Shown: positions 62,042-64,000 of the stretch, piece after piece | How positions within the stretch are numbered: position 1 is the first letter of the stretch | How the letters are laid out: each line of letters begins with the position of its first letter | Assembly (NCBI GenBank): GCA_030141605.1 | Contig: JAQGDQ010000349.1 | Span: 1-64,000, forward strand | DNA length: 64,000 nt | Origin: Tubiluchus corallicola | Taxonomy: Eukaryota; Animalia; Priapulida | Direction: 5' to 3' | Program-made: the position numbers and the translations under genes | Notes under the pieces: model-generated | What the model saw: the letters and a program-made list of their open reading frames with translations, nothing else | The model's database searches: none | Told to the model about the DNA's origin: nothing

Positions 62042-62304
62042 CATATGAACACCAGCAAGGAACTACTTCGCAGGCTAGTCTTTGTCACTCTTGTGGCAAA
62101 ATCGTTTCTGATTTTATACAGCCGTAAGAACTCTGTATGTGCCGGTACAAGTTTCGGTATAAACTGTGCCATACGTTGTTTGCCAAGGTGATGGATCTAC
62201 GCAAACATTTTGAAGATTGTCATGATTTCCATAAATGCATATGCGACAAGATGTTTGCGAATTTGGAACTGCTGCAGCCCATCCAAGCGACAGCCACAGT
62301 TGTC
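62042..62304 (-). pseudogene. Possible exon or pseudo-exon of a small secreted Cys-rich (Ly6/Quiver-like) protein
   Basis: Good acceptor (ctatctctgcag|), then QLWLSLGWAAAVP..TSCRICIYG...CVDP...ETCTG; in-frame stop at 62116-62114 with Cys-containing sequence continuing beyond it. Confidence 0.35.
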
Positions 62305-64000
62305 CTGCAGAGATAGTCACAAGCAAACAAACAAATAGCTAAATAAATAAATCAAGGAATGGCAGAACAAATTGTTAGAAGAAAAATTAAGAAAATGAGG
62401 AACAAGTAAATGAAAAATATACGTATCAGTAGGTTATAGACAAGAGGAAAATAAGCGTTTTGTTGAAATGACAAAAATTCAAGGACCTCAAAAAGAGAGG
62501 TGCTGACCCTTTCATTTGTTATCTGAGTTTTTGAGTAAGAATAATAATTTTTTTAATCATATAAATTTCCAGTTCTCAACGCTTATCTAACACTTTAGTT
62601 ATTTAGAGTTAGACTGCATTGCAGCTCTGTTAGATTTAGTATAACGTCTACCATATGCAGTTTTATTAGTCTCAACTTATTTGATAATAATATACTGTTA
62701 ATAAAAATAATTGTTGATTTTTGACTTGATCTTGTTCAATAATGCAAATTTCCTGTTGTGTTAAATGATTTGTGCGTATTCTTTTACATTTATAGGCTCT
62801 CAAAAATCACAAACCAAAAAAGAATCTAACCTCAAGCCAATGCCTGTGTTGGGTCTCTTTCGGGTCTTTGGCATCATTATGGTTCATGTGTTTCTTTATC
62901 ACATTGAACTCGGTGCTGAAACACAGCTGTCCATACTGCTGCAGGACCACGGAGCCTGCGTGCCCTTTTATACCAGTTAGGTATACCATTCGGAGAGAGT
63001 CTCAAATGTGCTAAATATCGAACTAGAATCTTTAGAATCAAGGCGGGAGAAGGCTTGTATCAAATACATTATTAATCGACTTTAATTTGAATTTGTGCTG
63101 TTACTAAAATTACTTTATTCAAATAGACGCTACCAGCTCAACCTGTCAAGTGAGAACAAGCAGACATAAAAATGGTTTTATACCGTCAGCCGCTGCTCTG
63201 TTCAATAGGCATCTCCATAAATTGTAAAATACAATGATGAATTTTAAGCGTATAACATTTTTATGCGAAGAATGCATAATATGTACTTTTTATGTGTATG
63301 CCATTCTTGAATTTTATTGCGAATTTGTGATTTTATGTAATTGTACATTGCATATGTTATTTAGTGTATCGTTTTATATAAAATTTGCCACCATACTAAA
63401 TTAATTCGCGATACCACGTACCAATTCCCGATGTTACTAATTTCACTCTTATGCCATCATTGTTAAGAAACTCAAGATTTCAATAACTGGCTAAGAAGAG
63501 CAATATTGTGTTCTTACCGAACATCTTGAAAACCAGTAGCGTCTTATCACTATAATAACCAGCCATTAACAAATCAATTAAAGTATAAACTATATACCTT
63601 TAACTTGATTAGTTTGTATAAGACATTTGTTAGACGTGTTATAGAATATGGTATTGTAATTTGGTCAAATTGCTCAACGGCAAATTTCATTAGAATTGAA
63701 AGAGTGCAATGTTGAACTATGTTGCTAATTTCTGGGGCGATGAAGGGATCTAGCCAACACAATCTTAACTCAGTGCTCGGTTTGCCACCATTCAAAATAA
63801 GGAGTGAAGGTCAAACCGTTCGAATAATCAAAAAAAAAAATATTATAATCAAGCTCTTCAATACTTGATTGGAGTATTAAATGAGTTTCGTCCCAACAAC
63901 CACTATGCTCTACGTGACCCATTTCTTTTAAGGCCTGCACGGCAGTTGTATAATAGTTTTTTTCCAAAATGGCATCCGCCTATGGAATAGTTTATCAGTT

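Noticed and set aside
63540-64000. ORFs 63574-63795 and 63770-63967 (similar tracts at ~23090-23650 and ~39560-39900)
   Set aside because: They look like heavily decayed CR1/L2 LINE sequence; too degenerate to delimit or call as genes

Overview
This is an AT-rich, intron-containing animal genomic window, most likely from an invertebrate; it is not prokaryotic and has no CRISPR, rRNA or tRNA. Four genes can be reconstructed from splice sites and protein motifs. (1) The 3' part of a + strand extracellular protein with three calcium-binding EGF exons followed by four tandem two-exon pentraxin cassettes and a broken fifth (788-13137). (2) A - strand gustatory-receptor-like (7TMIC/GRL) gene (21960-19588) whose last two exons are duplicated in a ~99% identical 2.9-3.4 kb tandem duplication. 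(3) A + strand Suv39h/Su(var)3-9 H3K9 methyltransferase (26057-36550, 8 coding exons, 614 aa) with an unusual ~200-aa insertion between SET and post-SET that carries a PIP-box-like motif and CDK-type sites. (4) A - strand secreted, prohormone-like protein encoded in a single coding exon (48657-47716). The rest is transposon debris (solo LTR with TSD, Tc2-like, hAT-like, Harbinger-like and Kolobok-like MITEs, an RTE fragment with TSD, CR1/L2 remnants, hammerhead-like motifs) and microsatellites. Most short ORFs in the supplied track are microsatellite or AT-rich noise. All gene models were read by eye; no database searches were run.
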